64,000 bases of DNA from Planctomycetota bacterium. Lineage in GTDB: Bacteria; Planctomycetota; UBA8742; UBA2392. Shown here piece by piece: positions 42,307 through 51,673 of this stretch (position 1 is its first letter; each line of letters opens with the position of its first letter). Under the pieces are notes generated by a model. It did no database searches, was not told where the DNA came from, and worked only from the letters and a program-made list of their open reading frames with translations. Position numbers and translations under genes: made by a program. The DNA lies in assembly GCA_020425605.1 (NCBI GenBank), contig JAGQRH010000007.1, forward strand, positions 76,834 through 140,833, in the 5' to 3' direction.

Positions 42307-44751
42307 ATGAGGTGGATTCAGACAACGCTAGTGCTTGGACTTCTGGCGGCCTGTGGCAGTCTGTTTGCTCAAACTGCGCCTTCATCATCTCTGCCGGGCT
42401 CTTCCACATTCTCCGGAACCCATCCGAACTACACCATTACCGTCGCGCCCGGCGGCGCGCTGTCGAACGCCGACATTACGATTGAAGACACCGCCGATAG
42501 CGACCAGGTCGAGATTCAGACCATCACCCCAACCACGACTACGCCTACTGGCGTCACCATCACGCCGTCTTCGCTTCCAACGGGCTTGGGTGCGACTCAG
42601 ACCATCAACTTCGCCGGCACCGTCGCGGCGTCAAATGCGCCCGGCAACTACGTCTTCACGGTGACATACCAGGATGACGAGCCCCTGTCGGGCACAGCGC
42701 TGACAATTACGTTGACGATTACAGACGCCGCACCAGTCGCTTCACAGGGCGCGCAGGCAACGGCAGGAGACGGCAGCGGCGGCAACCCGTTCGCGCCGGC
42801 CACCCAGCTTACGGGCTCTACGCCTGCGCTTGCGCTGGCGAGCGTTGCCGATGCGAACACCGGCCAGACACTGACTCGCGGAACTACCACCCAGGGCGGC
42901 GGTCCTACAACTGTATTCACGATCAGTGACAACTCGCCGGGCGCCGGTGCCGCGCTTGTTATTACCGCTACCGCCGGCTCTGCCCTGTCTGCTGCCGACA
43001 TTGGCACTCATACATTTACGGTGGACATCAGCGACGGTGGCGCAAACAACATCACCATCAACCTGTCCATCACTGTCACGACCAACAGTCCCGCACTCCA
43101 GACGCCGTCCGGACTTGCAGACATCTCACTCGGTGGCACAGACCCGAACTTTACCGGATCGTGCACCGTGGGCGATGACATCGCCATCAGCTTCCAAGCC
43201 ACGGACGCGGACGCGAGCGACACGCTCACTACCACCGTTTCCGTCACCAGCGGTACTCTTACCGGCGCCACGGCAGGTTTCGGTCAGAGCTTTCCGTTCG
43301 CGCCAGCCGGCGCCGTTTCGCCACACACAGTCTCCCTCACTGGCACAGCCGCCAATGCCGGCACCATTGAGCTGACCATTGACGTCAGTGACGGTAACGG
43401 CGGCACCGATCAGTACGTCATCACCATCACCATCGCGGCCGGTAACAGCAACCCGGTACTGCAGACACCGTCCGGACTTGCGGATATTTCACTCGGCGGC
43501 ACGGACCCGAACTTTACGGGGTCCTGCACCGTGGGTGACGACATTGCCATCAGCTTCCAGGCCACGGACGCAAATGCGACCGACACGCTGACGACCACAG
43601 TGTCTGTCACTAGCGGCACTCTTACCGGCGCAACAGCCGGTTTCGGTCAGAGCTTTCCGTTCGCGCCTGCCGGCGCAGTCTCACCTCATACCGTTTCCCT
43701 CACCGGCACGGCCGCCAATGCGGGTACGATTGAGCTGACCGTTGACGTCAGCGACGGCAACGGCGGCACGGATCAGTACGTCATCCTCATCACAATCGCC
43801 TCAGCAGGAACGCCGACGATCAATGTAACTGCAAGCCTCACGGCGTTTACTTCCACCGGTATCGGCACACCTTCAGCGCAACAGAGCTACACCGTCGCCG
43901 GCTCAAACCTGACGGCCGACATCACGATCACACCGCCGACGGATTTCCAGATCTCAACGACCTCCGGCAGCGGTTTCGCAACCACACCAATCGTATTGAC
44001 GCAAGCCGGTGGGACGGTTGGCAGTACCAGCATTTTTGTGCGCTACAACCCCACGACCGGCGGCCCGCACGCGGAAATGATCGCCCACACCAGCACTGGC
44101 GCGACTACCCAGAACCTGAACGTGAGCGGCAGCATCGCGGGACCGGCAGCAGTCGCGATCTCTGCATCGGGCAACCCTGGTGGACAGAATGCCAACCCGG
44201 GCAGCACCAAGACCGCGCTTGGCTTCCGACTGGCGGAGACGGGCGGCGGTAGCACCTTCACCGTCACGAGCGTCACCGTCCGTGTCACGACCATCAACAA
44301 CACCGGTGGCGTGGCAATTGCTGCAATCTCCTCCATTGCGCTTCGGCGCGGTGGAACCGTTCTGGGCACCATGACCAGCTCAAGTTGGTCAGTCGCCGGA
44401 GACGTCATCACACTGAACTTCACCGGCCTCAGCTCGGCGATTACAGCCAGCTCTGCGGCGGACTTCTCGCTCGCCATCACGTTTGCCGGTACGGCCGTTC
44501 CAACGCCGCGTCCCGCATTCGTCGCCAATATCACACCCGCAGACGTCAACGGCGGTACTTCCGTCTCGGGCGCAACGATCACGGGCGGCACAATCACACT
44601 GGTGGAAAGCCTTCCGGGCGACCCGCTTGACGAAGACAAGAAAGACGATTCATGCAACCTTGCGACCGAGGGCGGTCCGGCCTGGCCGGTGCTGTTCGGC
44701 GCATTGATTGTGGCGTTTGCAGCAGTCCGGCGTCGTCGCCGGACAGTTTGA
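42307..44751 (+). CDS. secreted repeat-rich surface protein (Ig/cadherin-like domains) with a C-terminal sorting-signal-like tail
   Basis: 814 aa. Signal peptide MRWIQTTLVLGLLAACGSLFAQ after a GGAGGT RBS. T/G/S/A-rich beta-domain repeats each end ...(I/V)D(V/I)SDG.G......I.I(T/S)(V/I). The C-terminus is GGPAWPVLFGALIVAFAAVRRRRRTV, a hydrophobic helix plus an Arg cluster. Confidence 0.8.
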   Translation: MRWIQTTLVLGLLAACGSLFAQTAPSSSLPGSSTFSGTHPNYTITVAPGGALSNADITIEDTADSDQVEIQTITPTTTTPTGVTITPSSLPTGLGATQTINFAGTVAASNAPGNYVFTVTYQDDEPLSGTALTITLTITDAAPVASQGAQATAGDGSGGNPFAPATQLTGSTPALALASVADANTGQTLTRGTTTQGGGPTTVFTISDNSPGAGAALVITATAGSALSAADIGTHTFTVDISDGGANNITINLSITVTTNSPALQTPSGLADISLGGTDPNFTGSCTVGDDIAISFQATDADASDTLTTTVSVTSGTLTGATAGFGQSFPFAPAGAVSPHTVSLTGTAANAGTIELTIDVSDGNGGTDQYVITITIAAGNSNPVLQTPSGLADISLGGTDPNFTGSCTVGDDIAISFQATDANATDTLTTTVSVTSGTLTGATAGFGQSFPFAPAGAVSPHTVSLTGTAANAGTIELTVDVSDGNGGTDQYVILITIASAGTPTINVTASLTAFTSTGIGTPSAQQSYTVAGSNLTADITITPPTDFQISTTSGSGFATTPIVLTQAGGTVGSTSIFVRYNPTTGGPHAEMIAHTSTGATTQNLNVSGSIAGPAAVAISASGNPGGQNANPGSTKTALGFRLAETGGGSTFTVTSVTVRVTTINNTGGVAIAAISSIALRRGGTVLGTMTSSSWSVAGDVITLNFTGLSSAITASSAADFSLAITFAGTAVPTPRPAFVANITPADVNGGTSVSGATITGGTITLVESLPGDPLDEDKKDDSCNLATEGGPAWPVLFGALIVAFAAVRRRRRTV
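43084..43809 (+). repeat. in-frame tandem duplication, 2 x 363 nt (121 aa), within the surface-protein gene
   Basis: Copy 1 reads NSPALQTPSGLADISLGGTDPNFTGSCTVGDDIAISFQATDADASDTLTTTVSVTSGTLTGATAGFGQSFPFAPAGAVSPHTVSLTGTAANAGTIELTIDVSDGNGGTDQYVITITIAAG. Copy 2 is nearly identical at the protein level, but many codons differ at third positions. Confidence 0.9.
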
Positions 44752-44893
44752 AAGAAAAGTCGGATTGATGTGCCGGGCCGGCTGTGTAGTTGACCCGGTT
44801 GAATTCAGCGGACTATCTTGTTGATTGCGCATCCTGTACCTAACCTCGTACAGGCAAAGCACGTAGACTGAGCAAGAAATCGGGGGGGGCGTA

Positions 44894-45715
44894 GTGAACG
44901 CGACAAAGAAACTGGCGACGGCTGTTTGCCTGCTGAGTGTGTTCGTTCTGATGACCGCATGCTCAAGCAGCATGTCGATCAAACAGGGCGGCGAAGAGTT
45001 CGGCATCAAGGCCGACAAGTACTATGAAGCCCTGAAGCTTCAGGATGACGCCGACTACTTCGAGTCGATTCGGGCCTGGTCCGAAGTGCTTGAAGATGAG
45101 CCCCGCTTCGCGCAGGGCCAGTTCAACATCGGGCTCATCTACGACATGCTGAACATGGTCCCCGAAGCCATCGAGCATTATGAGCTCGCAGTGCAGGTGG
45201 CCGAAGAGTCCCGGGACCTGATTGGCAACGGCAACGAGGCGCGTGAAAACAGCGCCGACACGAAGGCGTCGATTGCGCTCTACAACGCGCACCTCGGTGC
45301 GGCGTACCTCCGCGGCGGGCTGATTGATGAAGCCATCACTGCGCTGGTCAAGGCCGAGACAGATGACCAGTTCAACCCGGCCATCCATTACAATCTCGCC
45401 GCTGCGTTCATGGCCAAGGGCAACTACGAGGTCGCCCTGAAGCAAGCCGACATTGCGGTCGACCTGGTTGCCAAACCGGACTCGAAGACGACTTCCGGCC
45501 TGGCATCAGACGTCGACACGGACCGTCTTGCAGCTTACCTGCTGCGCCAGGGCAAGTGCCACATCGCCCGCGCCGAGTGGGAAAAGGCCAAGGCCTGCTT
45601 CGATCGAATCGTTGCGCAGTGCCACGGCACTGTCCCGGCAGAAACCATGGCCGAATTGAATGCCGGAATGAAGGCAGCCGAGCCCGCGAAAGGTGACGAA
45701 GGCTCGGAGGGATAG
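44894..45715 (+). CDS. TPR-repeat lipoprotein (PilF/PilW-like position upstream of the pilB-pilT-pilC block)
   Basis: 273 aa with a GTG start 4 nt after a G8 run. Lipobox VFVLMTAC. TPR-like helices (AQGQFNIGLIYDMLNMVPEAIEHYELAVQ, AIHYNLAAAFMAKGNYEVALKQADIAV). Confidence 0.7.
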   Translation: MNATKKLATAVCLLSVFVLMTACSSSMSIKQGGEEFGIKADKYYEALKLQDDADYFESIRAWSEVLEDEPRFAQGQFNIGLIYDMLNMVPEAIEHYELAVQVAEESRDLIGNGNEARENSADTKASIALYNAHLGAAYLRGGLIDEAITALVKAETDDQFNPAIHYNLAAAFMAKGNYEVALKQADIAVDLVAKPDSKTTSGLASDVDTDRLAAYLLRQGKCHIARAEWEKAKACFDRIVAQCHGTVPAETMAELNAGMKAAEPAKGDEGSEG

Positions 45716-45778
45716 GAAAGTGCAAGTGGCGGGCAGTCGTGCGCCCGAATGGGTGCACATCGCGAGGAGTGCAGCTGA

Positions 45779-47680
45779 ATGGCGGGAACGCCCCAAAATC
45801 CGGCCAATACGGGCCAGTCGCGCAAGCCCACAACCGGAGTCCGCTACGTTCGCAGCGTTGCTGTAGCCGGCCAGACTTCCCAGCCCGCAAGCGATCCTGC
45901 TGGCGTAGCCCCGTCTCGCCGCGGCCCGGCCGCGCGCCCACTGCCATCGCGAGTCGGTGCAGGTGGCAAGCGCAAGCGCCTCGGTGAGTTGCTGCTTGAA
46001 GCCAACGTAATCGATGAAGACCAGCTTGAGCACGCACTCAAGATCCACCGCCAGACCGGCAAGCAACTCGGACGGGTGCTGGTCGACACAAACCTGGTTG
46101 AAGAAAGCGAGTTGATCAAGTACCTCGCCATCAACTTGGGCGTCGATTATGTCGACCTGAATGATGAAAACCTGCAGATTCAGTCCGATGCCGTCCTGAT
46201 GGTCCAGGAGCGCCAGGCGCGCCGCTTCAACCTGATTGCTTATCAGCTTGATGACGACAAGGACGTCCTGCTGGTCGCGATGGCCAACCCGGCCGACGTG
46301 ATTGCCATCGACACGATCAAGTCGCTGACCGGCAAGAACGTGAAAGTGCTGATCGGCTCCCGCATCGCGATCGCCGACGCCATCGACAAGCACTACGCCC
46401 AGCAATACAGCCTCGACCAGATGGGCGAGGACCTGAAGAGCGTCGACGCCGAGTTGATTGAAGACGGCGACGACGACATGGGCATGGACCATGATGCCGT
46501 CGACGCAGCGAGCAACGCGCCGGTAGTGAAGTATGTGAACGCCACGCTGATGGAAGCTGTCAAGCAGCGCGCATCGGACATTCACTTCGAGCCGTTCGAA
46601 CGCGAGGTAGCTGTTCGGTTTCGCATCGACGGTGCGCTGCGCGAGGTGACTGCGCCACCCAAGCGACTGATGAACGCGGTAGTGTCGCGCATCAAGATCA
46701 TCAGCGGCCTCGACATTGCAGAGCGACGCCTGCCGCAGGACGGTCGCGCCAAGCTGAAACTCGGCGACCGCGTCGTCGACATGCGCGTTTCAACCCTGCC
46801 GGTTGTACACGGCGAAAAGGTCGTGATGCGAATCCTGGACAAGTCCGCCACGTCCATGGATATCGACAGCCTCGGCTTCGACCCGATGACGCTGAAGGAA
46901 ATGAAGCGCGTACTGCAGACGCCGCACGGCGTCATCGTGCTTACCGGGCCGACCGGCTCGGGCAAGACCACGACACTGTACAGCTTCCTGAAGCACGTTT
47001 ATTCGCCCGAGATCAACATCGTCACGGTCGAAGACCCGGTTGAGTACCAGCTGCCCGGCATCAACCAGGTGCAGGTGCGAGCAAACATCGGCATGACCTT
47101 CGCCGCCGCCCTGCGAAGCATCCTGCGTCAGGACCCGGACGTCGTGATGATCGGCGAGATGCGAGACCAGGAGACCCTTGAAATCGCCGTTCGTGCGGCC
47201 CTCACCGGTCACTTGGTATTCAGCACGATCCACACAAATACGGCCGTCGCCACTGTCACTCGTATGGCTGACATGGGGCTTGAGCGCTACATGATCACGA
47301 GCTCACTGATCTGCGCGATCAGTCAGCGACTGATCCGCATGATCTGCCCCAAGTGCAAGGAGCCATACACTCCAAGTCCCGCGCTGCAGCAGCAGCTCGC
47401 CAACAGCTTCCGCCAGCCCAGCGTCGAAATCGACTTGTGGCGAGGCAACGGCTGCGCCTTCTGTAACCAGACCGGCTACAAGGGCCGACTTGCGGTACAC
47501 GAGTACATGACCATGACGCCCAAACTGCGCGAAATGATCATCGCTCTGCGCCCTGAAACCGAGCTAGAGGAAGAGTGCCAGAAGAACGGCATGCGCACGC
47601 TGCGCCAGAGCTGTTTCATGAAACTGCTGGACGGGCTGACCACCGTGGAAGAAGCGGTCAGCTTGTTCTACGAAGACTAA
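45779..47680 (+). CDS. pilB: type IV pilus assembly ATPase PilB (GspE family)
   Basis: 633 aa. T2SSE N-domain LGELLLEANVIDEDQLEHALKIHRQTGKQLGRVLVD. Walker A GPTGSGKTTTLY. Asp box, Walker B VVMIGEMRD, His box, and tetra-Cys CPKC...CAFC. The exact start is uncertain because the N-terminal 75 aa are basic and low-complexity. Confidence 0.9.
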   Translation: MAGTPQNPANTGQSRKPTTGVRYVRSVAVAGQTSQPASDPAGVAPSRRGPAARPLPSRVGAGGKRKRLGELLLEANVIDEDQLEHALKIHRQTGKQLGRVLVDTNLVEESELIKYLAINLGVDYVDLNDENLQIQSDAVLMVQERQARRFNLIAYQLDDDKDVLLVAMANPADVIAIDTIKSLTGKNVKVLIGSRIAIADAIDKHYAQQYSLDQMGEDLKSVDAELIEDGDDDMGMDHDAVDAASNAPVVKYVNATLMEAVKQRASDIHFEPFEREVAVRFRIDGALREVTAPPKRLMNAVVSRIKIISGLDIAERRLPQDGRAKLKLGDRVVDMRVSTLPVVHGEKVVMRILDKSATSMDIDSLGFDPMTLKEMKRVLQTPHGVIVLTGPTGSGKTTTLYSFLKHVYSPEINIVTVEDPVEYQLPGINQVQVRANIGMTFAAALRSILRQDPDVVMIGEMRDQETLEIAVRAALTGHLVFSTIHTNTAVATVTRMADMGLERYMITSSLICAISQRLIRMICPKCKEPYTPSPALQQQLANSFRQPSVEIDLWRGNGCAFCNQTGYKGRLAVHEYMTMTPKLREMIIALRPETELEEECQKNGMRTLRQSCFMKLLDGLTTVEEAVSLFYED

Positions 47681-47746
47681 CGAAGTACGGTTCCTGCCTG
47701 CCTCCCGGGCATGCCGTCTGTTGCCACACCGAGTGAGAAGAGCTGT

Positions 47747-48889
47747 ATGTCCGGCCAATCCGCTGTCCGACTTGACGACCTGCTTGTCTTCACGCGCCGC
47801 GCGGAGGTGTCCGACCTTCACTTGACCGTGGGTGTTCCGCCCGTATTGCGCATTGACGGCCAATTGCGAGCGATTGAGGGCTTCAAGCCGCTCATGCCGG
47901 CGGATACGCGCAGCCTCGCCATGGAGTTGCTGGACGAAAAGCAGATGGCTGTTCTGGATGCCGAGCGCGAACTCGACCTCTCCTTCGGCCGTCGCGGCGC
48001 AGGCCGTTATCGTCTTAACGTGTACTGGCAGCGGGGATCCATCGGCCTCGCGATTCGCGTGATTCGCTCGACCATTCCCACCATCGACGAGCTTGGCCTG
48101 CCGCAGATCACCAAGCAGTTCGCCATGTCGGACAAGGGCCTGCTGCTGGTTACCGGCCCAACGGGCTCGGGCAAATCGACGACGCTGGCGGCGATGATCC
48201 AGTACATCAACCAGAATGACTCCTGCCACATCATCACGGTCGAAGACCCGATCGAATACCTGTACCGGCATGAGCGCAGCATCATCAACCAGCGCCAGAT
48301 CGGCGATGATACGATGGGCTTCGCGCCCGCTTTGCGCCACATTCTGCGCCAGGACCCGGACGTCATCCTGATCGGCGAAATGCGCGACCTCGAGACGATC
48401 GAAGCCGCCATGACCATGGCCGAAACCGGCCACTTGGTTTTCGCCACGCTGCACACCACCGACGCCGTCCAGACCATCAACCGTATTGTCGACGTTTTCC
48501 CCACCAACCAGCAGCAACAGGCCCGAGTGCAGCTTTCATTCGTCCTGCTGGGCGTGGTGGCGCAGCAGCTTCTGCCGCGCGTAAAAGGCGGCCGAGTGCT
48601 GGCGATGGAGATCCTTAAGATCAACGCCGCAGCCCGAAACCTGGTGCGCGAGAACGAGGTTCACCAGATCTACACGATCCTCGAAACCGGCAGCCGCGAG
48701 GGCATGATCACCATGAACCAGTGGCTGTTCAACCTGTACACGCACGGGGAAATCAGCCGCGAAATCGCGCTGAACCGGTCCACCAATATGGACCAGATGA
48801 AGCGCATGCTCCAGCAGGGTGGGCGCCGCGGTGGCGGCGGAACCCAGGCGACCGGCGGCGGCGCGGACGCAGCAATGCGACCCGCCTAG
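47747..48889 (+). CDS. pilT: twitching-motility / pilus retraction ATPase PilT
   Basis: ORF 47711-48889. ATG 47747 is preferred (MSGQSAVRLDDLL). SDLHLTVGVPPVLRIDGQL, GPTGSGKSTTLAAM, ILIGEMRDLETI and GHLVFATLHT are present. The Gly/Arg-rich C-terminal tail is atypical. Confidence 0.88.
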   Translation: MSGQSAVRLDDLLVFTRRAEVSDLHLTVGVPPVLRIDGQLRAIEGFKPLMPADTRSLAMELLDEKQMAVLDAERELDLSFGRRGAGRYRLNVYWQRGSIGLAIRVIRSTIPTIDELGLPQITKQFAMSDKGLLLVTGPTGSGKSTTLAAMIQYINQNDSCHIITVEDPIEYLYRHERSIINQRQIGDDTMGFAPALRHILRQDPDVILIGEMRDLETIEAAMTMAETGHLVFATLHTTDAVQTINRIVDVFPTNQQQQARVQLSFVLLGVVAQQLLPRVKGGRVLAMEILKINAAARNLVRENEVHQIYTILETGSREGMITMNQWLFNLYTHGEISREIALNRSTNMDQMKRMLQQGGRRGGGGTQATGGGADAAMRPA

Positions 48890-48977
48890 TCGCGGATCGT
48901 CACGATCAGGGTTTAGCTGGCTACGCAAACCCATAAGATGTAGGCTTTAACGCGAATTCATACCCGCGAGGCTACCT

Positions 48978-50246
48978 ATGCCGCTCTATACCGTCACGGC
49001 GCGTGATGCGTCCGGCCGCACGATCAATCAGGTGAAAGATGCGCCTTCCGTGGGCGACCTCGTTGCGGAACTGCGCCGTTCCGGCCTGACCGTAATTGGC
49101 GTCAAGTCTGAAGGCGGTGCGGGCCCGTCAGGACCGATGGCCGCGCCAACAGAGGCTCAGGCCGTTGCGAAATCACAGGGCAGCATTTTCGCGCGAAAGA
49201 TCAAAGTCAGCGACATGGCTGCCTTCTGCCGCCAGATGTCGACCATGCTTCGCGCCGGCCTGTCGCTGCTCGACTCGCTGGAAACCATTGCCGCCGAGAT
49301 GGAAAACCCGCTGTTCAAGACCGCCCTCGAGTCCGTCATGACTGACGTCGAGGCCGGTAGCAAGCTGTCGGACGGCATGCGCAAATACCCCGCGGTATTC
49401 AATGCGCTGATGTGCAGCATGGTTGAGGCGGGTGAAGTTTCTGGCTCGCTCGATACGATTCTCGAACAGCTGGGCCAGTTCTTCAAACGTCGCCATAAGC
49501 TGCAAAGCCAGATCAAGGCGGCCACCGCCTACCCGAAGTTCGTGGGTGGCTTCTTCGTGTTGATCGTGACCGGTATCTTCACTTTCCTCGTGCCGCAGTT
49601 CGCCGACCTGTTCAAGCAATTCGGCGCGGACCTGCCGTTCCTGACGAAGGTGCTGATCCTGATCTCGAACGCCATCGTTCACTACTACTGGATCACGCTT
49701 CCGGCCCTTGGCGGCGCGGTTGCGGCCTTCATTTTCTGGCGTCGAACGCCGGCGGGCGCAGCCAGTTGGGACCGCTTCATTCTCAAGACGCCGCTGTTCG
49801 GCCCGCTGGTGCTGAAGTCCGGCGTGTCGCGCTTCACCATGACGCTGTCTACCCTGATCCGCAACGGCATCACGCTGGACCAGTCGCTGGAAATCACCAG
49901 CAAGACGCTCGGCAACATCGTACTTGAGCAGACCGTGCTGGACGCCCGCCAGAAGCTGATCCAGGGCTATAGCCTTTACCAGGCGCTCAGCGAAAGCGGC
50001 GTGTTCCCCGGGCTGATGACCAAGATGGTTCGAGTCGGCGAAGACTCAGGTGCGTTGCCTGACATGCTCGGCGACGTGACCGAATACTACGAAGATGAAG
50101 TGTCCAGCCAGGTGCAGGCCATCACGTCGATGATTGAGCCTGCCCTGATCGTCGGCCTCGGCTGCGTTGTGCTGGTCGTGATTCTCGGTATCTATCTTCC
50201 GATCTTCGGCCTGTCACGTGCGGCGGCCAAAGCATCGGCCAAGTAG
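48978..50246 (+). CDS. pilC: type IV pilus platform protein PilC (GspF family)
   Basis: 422 aa. Two GspF repeats (FCRQMSTMLRAGLSL...; FTMTLSTLIRNGITL...) and three TM segments. Confidence 0.88.
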   Translation: MPLYTVTARDASGRTINQVKDAPSVGDLVAELRRSGLTVIGVKSEGGAGPSGPMAAPTEAQAVAKSQGSIFARKIKVSDMAAFCRQMSTMLRAGLSLLDSLETIAAEMENPLFKTALESVMTDVEAGSKLSDGMRKYPAVFNALMCSMVEAGEVSGSLDTILEQLGQFFKRRHKLQSQIKAATAYPKFVGGFFVLIVTGIFTFLVPQFADLFKQFGADLPFLTKVLILISNAIVHYYWITLPALGGAVAAFIFWRRTPAGAASWDRFILKTPLFGPLVLKSGVSRFTMTLSTLIRNGITLDQSLEITSKTLGNIVLEQTVLDARQKLIQGYSLYQALSESGVFPGLMTKMVRVGEDSGALPDMLGDVTEYYEDEVSSQVQAITSMIEPALIVGLGCVVLVVILGIYLPIFGLSRAAAKASAK

Positions 50247-50265
50247 CAGCCAATTGATTGAACGT

Positions 50266-50300
50266 CACGGGCCGGGACCTTCCCGGCCCGTGCTCATTTG
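50266..50300 (+). terminator. Rho-independent terminator after pilC
   Basis: CACGGGCCGGG-ACCTT-CCCGGCCCGTG (11-bp stem) followed by CTCATTTG. Confidence 0.7.
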
Positions 50301-50414
50301 AACGCCCGGTAATCATGGAATTGCTGAAGCCCCATCACCCTTGCGTCCGATAGGCCCGATGACGTGCGGTCTGCGCGCTATGCAGCCTGCACATATTTCG
50401 AGCCGGAGGACGAC

Positions 50415-51614
50415 ATGAACTTGCTTCGAACCCTCAGCCTGCTGCTGCTTGCCGCATTTGCGATTCCCATGCTGGCGCAGGACTCCTTCACACCCTACAT
50501 CGCCAAGGTCAAGGGCGACTCCGTGCGCCTGCGCAGCGGCTGCAGCCTGGCCCACCCGCCGGCCGCCGTGATGAACGAAGGTGATGAGTTGACGGTAGTC
50601 GGCGAAAAAGATGGCTGGGCTGTGGTCCAGTTGCCCGCCGAGGCGCCCTGCTGGATCTCCGCCGACTTCGTCAAGGCAACGGACGACGGCAAGGCCTGGT
50701 CCGTGACTGGCGACAAGGTCAACCTGCGCGTCAGCGCAGACACCAAGTACTTCCCGGTTGGGCAGGCCGAAAAGGGTGCTCAGCTGACGGCCGTGATGGA
50801 TGGCTCGACCGGCAAGCCAATGGCAGAGAACGGCTACGTCCGGATCGTGCCGCCAAGCAACGCACATGGTGGCATCGCCAAGGAATTGATCGAGAAGGTC
50901 AAGAACGTCGCGCCTGAGAAGATTGCCGACAGCAAGCCCGTCGAAGCCAAAGAGCCGGCGGCCAAGGAGCCTGGAAGCATCATCCCGAAGGCTGAAGACA
51001 AGCCGATCAAAGAGACCCTGGTCGAAACCCCCAAGCATGAGCCCACCAAGGCCGAGCTGGAGGATGAACAGAAGACTTTCCTTGAGCTGGAACGCCTGCT
51101 TGAGGACGAGCTGAAGAAGCCGGCTGCCGAAGTGAACCTGACCGACATCCGCAAGATGTTCGAGCAGTTCACCGAGTTCTCGCTCGACAAGAAGATCGGC
51201 GACAAGGCCAAAGGCTACATCGAGAAGATCGACGCAACCGTCAAGCTGATTGAGACCGAGAAGGCCCGCCTTGCCAAGCAGGAGGCCGACCGCAAGGCCG
51301 AGATCGAGCGCATCCACAAGGAAGCCACCGAGAAACCCGCTGAGCCCGAACAGCCTAAGGGCCCGGTCGAGTACCTGGTGACCGGCACGGTCGGCAGCAC
51401 CGGCAAGTCAGCCAAGACCCCCGCCAGCCACCGCCTGTTCGATGAGAACGGCAAGGTCCTCTACGACCTTCGCTGGGACAAGGGCGACCTGAGCAAGCTG
51501 ATGGGAAGCAATGTCGGCATCGTTGGTACCGTCAAGCAGTACGACGGCTGGCCGAACAAGGTGATTGTGATCGAGCGTGTCGACGTGATCGACGACGGCG
51601 GAGATAAGAAGTAG
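50415..51614 (+). CDS. secreted protein with two bacterial SH3-like domains and a K/E/P-rich central region
   Basis: ORF 50364-51614. The start is set at ATG 50415 after GGAGGA, giving the signal peptide MNLLRTLSLLLLAAFAIPMLAQ. SH3b-like segments VKGDSVRLRSG....P.....NEGDELTVVGEKDGWAVVQLP and GDKVNLRVSAD. Confidence 0.65.
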   Translation: MNLLRTLSLLLLAAFAIPMLAQDSFTPYIAKVKGDSVRLRSGCSLAHPPAAVMNEGDELTVVGEKDGWAVVQLPAEAPCWISADFVKATDDGKAWSVTGDKVNLRVSADTKYFPVGQAEKGAQLTAVMDGSTGKPMAENGYVRIVPPSNAHGGIAKELIEKVKNVAPEKIADSKPVEAKEPAAKEPGSIIPKAEDKPIKETLVETPKHEPTKAELEDEQKTFLELERLLEDELKKPAAEVNLTDIRKMFEQFTEFSLDKKIGDKAKGYIEKIDATVKLIETEKARLAKQEADRKAEIERIHKEATEKPAEPEQPKGPVEYLVTGTVGSTGKSAKTPASHRLFDENGKVLYDLRWDKGDLSKLMGSNVGIVGTVKQYDGWPNKVIVIERVDVIDDGGDKK

Positions 51615-51633
51615 CCGAACCAGTATACACAAG

Positions 51634-51669
51634 GACGCCCGGCAGATGCCGGGCGTCTTTCATTTTCCG
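51634..51669. terminator. bidirectional Rho-independent terminator between convergent genes
   Basis: GACGCCCGGC-AGAT-GCCGGGCGTC (10-bp stem) followed by TTTCATTTT. It lies between the stop at 51614 (+) and the stop at 51674 (-). Confidence 0.85.
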
Positions 51670-51673
51670 GGCG

